The position numbers and the translations under genes were made by a program. DNA of 64,000 nucleotides from an uncultured Gammaproteobacteria bacterium (GTDB lineage Bacteria; Pseudomonadota; Gammaproteobacteria; Chromatiales; Chromatiaceae), in the NCBI GenBank assembly GCA_963719025.1, contig CAVRBK010000056.1:5907-69906 (forward strand). Direction: 5' to 3'. The notes under the pieces were generated by a model. The model saw nothing but the letters and a program-made list of their open reading frames with translations. It was not told the DNA's origin and ran no database searches. Shown piece by piece: positions 60,506 through 64,000 of this stretch. Each line of letters begins with the position of its first letter. The stretch's first letter is position 1.

Positions 60506-61780
60506 TTGAACGACATTCCAACCAGTGCCCTCGCCGGCGCATTGGTCTTCCTGCTGTTTTTGTCCGCCTTCTTCTCGGGGTCGGAAACCGCGCTGATGAC
60601 CCTCAACCGTTACCGCCTGCGTCACCTCGCCGACGCCGGCCACCCCGGCGCGCGGCTCGCCGAAAAGCTGCTCAGCAAACCCGACCGCCTGATCGGCCTG
60701 ATCCTGCTGGGTAATAATTTCGTCAACATTCTGGCGTCATCGCTGGCCACCATTATTGCCATTCGCATGGGCGGCGAAGGCGCCATCCCGATCGCCGCCG
60801 GACTGCTGACCCTGGTCGTGCTGATTTTCTCCGAGGTAGCACCCAAGACCATGGCGGCACTGTACCCCGAGCGCGTGGCGTTTCCCGCGTCCTGGATCTT
60901 CACGCCGCTGCTGCGCGTGCTTTTCCCGCTGGTCTGGGTGGTCAACCTGATGGCGAATACCGTGCTGCGCCTGCTCGGCATCTATCCCAGACGATGCCGA
61001 CGGCAATGCGCTGAGCCGCGAAGAACTGCGCACCGTGGTCAACGAGGCCGGGGCCATGATCCCCAAGCGTCACCAGAAGATGCTGATCAACATCCTCGAC
61101 CTCGAGAAGGTCACGGTCGACGACATCATGGTGCCGCGCAACGAGCTCGACGGCATCGACTGGCCAATCCACTGGACGTGATCCTCGAGCAGCTTGAACA
61201 GACGGCGTACACGCGGGTGCTGGCCTATGACGGCAGCATCGACAACGTGTTGGGCTTCCTGCACTCGCGCCGTGCCATGCAGGCATTGCTCGACCGCGAA
61301 CTCACCCGGGCCGATCTCGAGCGCTTGATCCGCGAACCCTATTTCATCCCCAAGGGCACGCCGCTGAATCGTCAGCTGCGCAACTTCCAGAACAACCGAA
61401 GACGCTCCGCACTCGTGGTCGACGAGTATGGCGATGTCGTCGGCCTGGTGACCATGGCCGATGTGCTGGAGGAGATCGTCGGCGAATTTGCGACAGACCC
61501 CGCCGACGGCATAGCGGATGTGCAGCCGCAGGATGACGGCAGCTTCCTGGTAGACGGTTCGGCCAACCTGCGCGAACTGGTACGTACCATGCACTGGGAA
61601 CTGCCGACTGACGGCCCCAAGACCCTGAACGGGCTGATCATCGAGCGCCTGGAAAGCCTGCCGGAGACCGGGACCTCGCTGATGATCGGCGGCTACCCGA
61701 TCGAGGTGGTGCTGACCCAGGACAATGCGGTCAAGACCGCCCGTATCCGCCCGAATGAGCGTCGCCAGGAAGACGACTAG
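60506..61780 (+). CDS. HlyC/CorC (CNNM/CorB, YfjD-like) Mg2+/Co2+ transporter; frame-shifted patch about 60990-61160
   Basis: SAFFSGSETALM, LILLGNNFVNI, FSEVAPKT, CBS VVDEYGD...LEEIVGEF and CorC-type PKTLNGLI. Confidence 0.92.
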   Translation: MNDIPTSALAGALVFLLFLSAFFSGSETALMTLNRYRLRHLADAGHPGARLAEKLLSKPDRLIGLILLGNNFVNILASSLATIIAIRMGGEGAIPIAAGLLTLVVLIFSEVAPKTMAALYPERVAFPASWIFTPLLRVLFPLVWVVNLMANTVLRLLGIYPRRCRRQCAEPRRTAHRGQRGRGHDPQASPEDADQHPRPREGHGRRHHGAAQRARRHRLANPLDVILEQLEQTAYTRVLAYDGSIDNVLGFLHSRRAMQALLDRELTRADLERLIREPYFIPKGTPLNRQLRNFQNNRRRSALVVDEYGDVVGLVTMADVLEEIVGEFATDPADGIADVQPQDDGSFLVDGSANLRELVRTMHWELPTDGPKTLNGLIIERLESLPETGTSLMIGGYPIEVVLTQDNAVKTARIRPNERRQEDD

Positions 61781-61955
61781 CCGGCGCCGCGGGGCCGCGC
61801 AAAACGCTGTCACTCGCCCGACCGAAAACCTTAGAGAAAACCGTGAAACAGATCCCGCCGCACGCGCACACCGCTTAGCCCTTTAAAAAACGCGCCGTAT
61901 GCCGCTACGCTAACAGACACATCCTTCGTCGCCGGAATCAGCCAAAGGAGCATGG

Positions 61956-62333
61956 ATGTCACAAGAAGGCATAGAACGACGTCGCTTCCACCGCATTGCG
62001 ACTGACAAAACGGTTGTCCTGAGCGTCGCGGACACCGAAATCACCGGGACCGTGCTCGATATCTCGCTGCGCGGCCTGCTGGTCTCCTGCGACGCAAGCG
62101 AGCTCCCCGGCAAAGGGGCATCGGCGCGCGCCCATATCAAGCTGGAGGGGGATGCGCATAGCATCGACCTCGACGGCGAGATCGCCCATGTGTCCGGTCA
62201 AAGAATCGGCCTGTGCTGCACCGGGATGGATCTTGAGAGCGCGGCGCGACTGCGTCGCATGGTCGAGCTGAACCTTGATGACCCCACCCTGCTCGAACGC
62301 GATCTGACCGAGTTGATGTCCGGCAGCAACTGA
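61956..62333 (+). CDS. Single-domain PilZ protein, MapZ (PA4608)-like
   Basis: ERRRFHRI (RxxxR), DISLRG (DxSxxG), C-terminal LRRMVELNL..LLERDL; adjacent to radA. Confidence 0.9.
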   Translation: MSQEGIERRRFHRIATDKTVVLSVADTEITGTVLDISLRGLLVSCDASELPGKGASARAHIKLEGDAHSIDLDGEIAHVSGQRIGLCCTGMDLESAARLRRMVELNLDDPTLLERDLTELMSGSN

Positions 62334-62348
62334 CGGCACCGGCGGGCG

Positions 62349-63725
62349 CTACTCGAGCGCGTCGATCGCCTCGCTGATCCGGCCCACCGCGATCACCTCC
62401 AGGCCGTCGATCGCCTGCTTGGGGGCATTCGCCCGCGGCACGATCGCCCTTCGAAAGCCATGTTTGGCCGCCTCACGCAGGCGTTCCTGGCCATTGGGCA
62501 CCGGGCGGATCTCGCCGGCCAGCCCCACCTCGCCAAAGGTCGCCAGATCACCAGGCAAGGGTCGATCGCGAAAACTCGAAAGCACGGCGAGCAGTACCGG
62601 CAGGTCGGCCGCAGGCTCGGTGACCCGCACCCCGCCGACAACATTGAGAAACACATCCTGATCGAACATCGCCACACCGCCGTGGCGGTGCATCACCGCC
62701 AGCAGCATCGACAGGCGATTCTGCTCCAGGCCCAGGGCGACCCGGCGCGGATTCGCCAGCGGACTCTGGTCGACCAGCGCCTGCACCTCCACCAGCAGCG
62801 GCCGGGTGCCCTCACGGGTCACCAGGATGCAGCTGCCGGCCACCTCCTGCTCGTGACGCGACAGGAAGATCGCCGACGGATTGCTGACCTCGCGCAGGCC
62901 CTTGTCGGTCATCGCAAACACGCCCAGCTCGTTGACCGCGCCAAAACGGTTCTTGATCGCGCGGATCAGGCGGAAGGGACTGCCACTCTCGCCCTCGAAA
63001 TACAGCACGGTATCGACCATGTGCTCGAGCACGCGTGGTCCGGCCAGCGCGCCCTCCTTGGTCACATGCCCGACCAGGAACAGCGAGGTGCCGGTCTGCT
63101 TGGCAAAGCGCACCAGGCGGGCTGCCGATTCACGCACCTGGGCCACCGAGCCGGGCGCCGACTGCAGAGTCTCCGTATAGATCGTCTGGATCGAATCGAG
63201 CACCAGGACCTTGGGCCGGTCTTTGGCGATCAGGGCCAGGATGCGCTCGACCCCGGTCTCGGTCAGCAGGCGCAGGCGCTCGGTCGGCAGACCCAGGCGA
63301 TGCGCGCGCAGGCTGATCTGCTCGGCCGATTCCTCGCCGCTGACATACAGCGCCGGCATGTTCTCCGACAGCAGCGCCAGCGCCTGCACCAGCAGGGTCG
63401 ATTTGCCGATCCCCGGATCACCGCCGATCAGCACCACCGAACCGGCGACCAGCCCGCCGCCGAGTACGCGATCGAGTTCACCGAGCCCGGTCGGCATGCG
63501 CTCGGTCCGCTCCGCGACCACATCGGACAGGTTGCGAATGCGCGCGGCGTTGTCCTCACCGGCGTAGCCGCTGTAGCGGGGATCACTCTTCGCCGACGGC
63601 GCAGCTACCGCCTCCTGCAGCGTGTTCCAGGCATTGCAGTCGCCGCACTGCCCGGCCCACTTGGGCGCCTGCGCACCACATTCGCTGCACACATAGAGGG
63701 TCTTGGCTGTCTTGCTCACGGACAT
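62349..63725 (-). CDS. radA: DNA repair protein RadA/Sms
   Basis: CSECG...CGDC zinc finger, GGDPGIGKSTL, KNRFG and Lon-like C-terminus GEVGLAGE. Confidence 0.98.
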   Translation of the reverse strand: MSVSKTAKTLYVCSECGAQAPKWAGQCGDCNAWNTLQEAVAAPSAKSDPRYSGYAGEDNAARIRNLSDVVAERTERMPTGLGELDRVLGGGLVAGSVVLIGGDPGIGKSTLLVQALALLSENMPALYVSGEESAEQISLRAHRLGLPTERLRLLTETGVERILALIAKDRPKVLVLDSIQTIYTETLQSAPGSVAQVRESAARLVRFAKQTGTSLFLVGHVTKEGALAGPRVLEHMVDTVLYFEGESGSPFRLIRAIKNRFGAVNELGVFAMTDKGLREVSNPSAIFLSRHEQEVAGSCILVTREGTRPLLVEVQALVDQSPLANPRRVALGLEQNRLSMLLAVMHRHGGVAMFDQDVFLNVVGGVRVTEPAADLPVLLAVLSSFRDRPLPGDLATFGEVGLAGEIRPVPNGQERLREAAKHGFRRAIVPRANAPKQAIDGLEVIAVGRISEAIDALE

Positions 63726-63948
63726 CGTGCTCCGGCTGAAGTGTTCGAGGAAACAGGGGAAAACGGCGAACGCCCCGTTACACCGCCATGCTCGCGAAAA
63801 CGGAAATCCGGGTACGAGCGGGACAAAAATACCGCACCACGCTGATCGGGAAAAAGACCGTCTGTACTTACGCCTTCACAGGCGTGACAAGCACCAGGAC
63901 GGACGGCCCGCCAGACCGCAAATTCACCGCAGGCCCGGCGCTCCCGCA

Positions 63949-64000
63949 TCAGTAGTCATCATTGCCGTAGGCTTCGTAGGCAAAATTATCAAAGCGCGTG
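63949..64000 (-). CDS. dnaB: Probable 3' end of replicative helicase DnaB (partial)
   Basis: Reads TRFDNFAYEAYGNDDY*, resembling the DnaB C-terminal TRFxN motif; dnaB commonly lies upstream of radA; only 16 codons visible. Confidence 0.55.
   Translation of the reverse strand, partial: TRFDNFAYEAYGNDDY

Overview
GC-rich chromosomal window from a flagellated gammaproteobacterium. A Chromatiales/Sedimenticolaceae-like sulfur oxidiser is inferred from gene content and synteny, not demonstrated. It is mostly core genome: carAB, trxC/cnoX, trmO, a PAS-GGDEF-EAL protein, aapJQMP, smc-zipA-ligA with queF, a sugar kinase, the PEP-CTERM regulatory module prsK/prsR/prsT with sugar-nucleotide genes, alaC-hom-(hyp)-thrC, a complete 9-gene V/A-type ATPase operon, fleQ-fleSR-fliEFGHIJ, a CorB/CNNM transporter, a MapZ-like PilZ protein, radA and the probable 3' end of dnaB. 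About 14 genes, including housekeeping ones, carry single-base indels (mostly insertions), most likely long-read errors. I saw no rRNA, tRNA, CRISPR array or mobile element. The best leads are: (1) a 26-bp palindrome forming back-to-back sigma-28-like promoters that tie an uncharacterised GYF_2-TM-pentapeptide protein to an orphan FliK-like/FlhB-CC pair; (2) the V/A-ATPase operon with an FNR-like box; (3) a Campylobacterota-type thrC; (4) an attenuator-like carA leader with an Arg-rich uORF; (5) two small uncharacterised proteins. All family assignments come from recalled motifs; no search was run.
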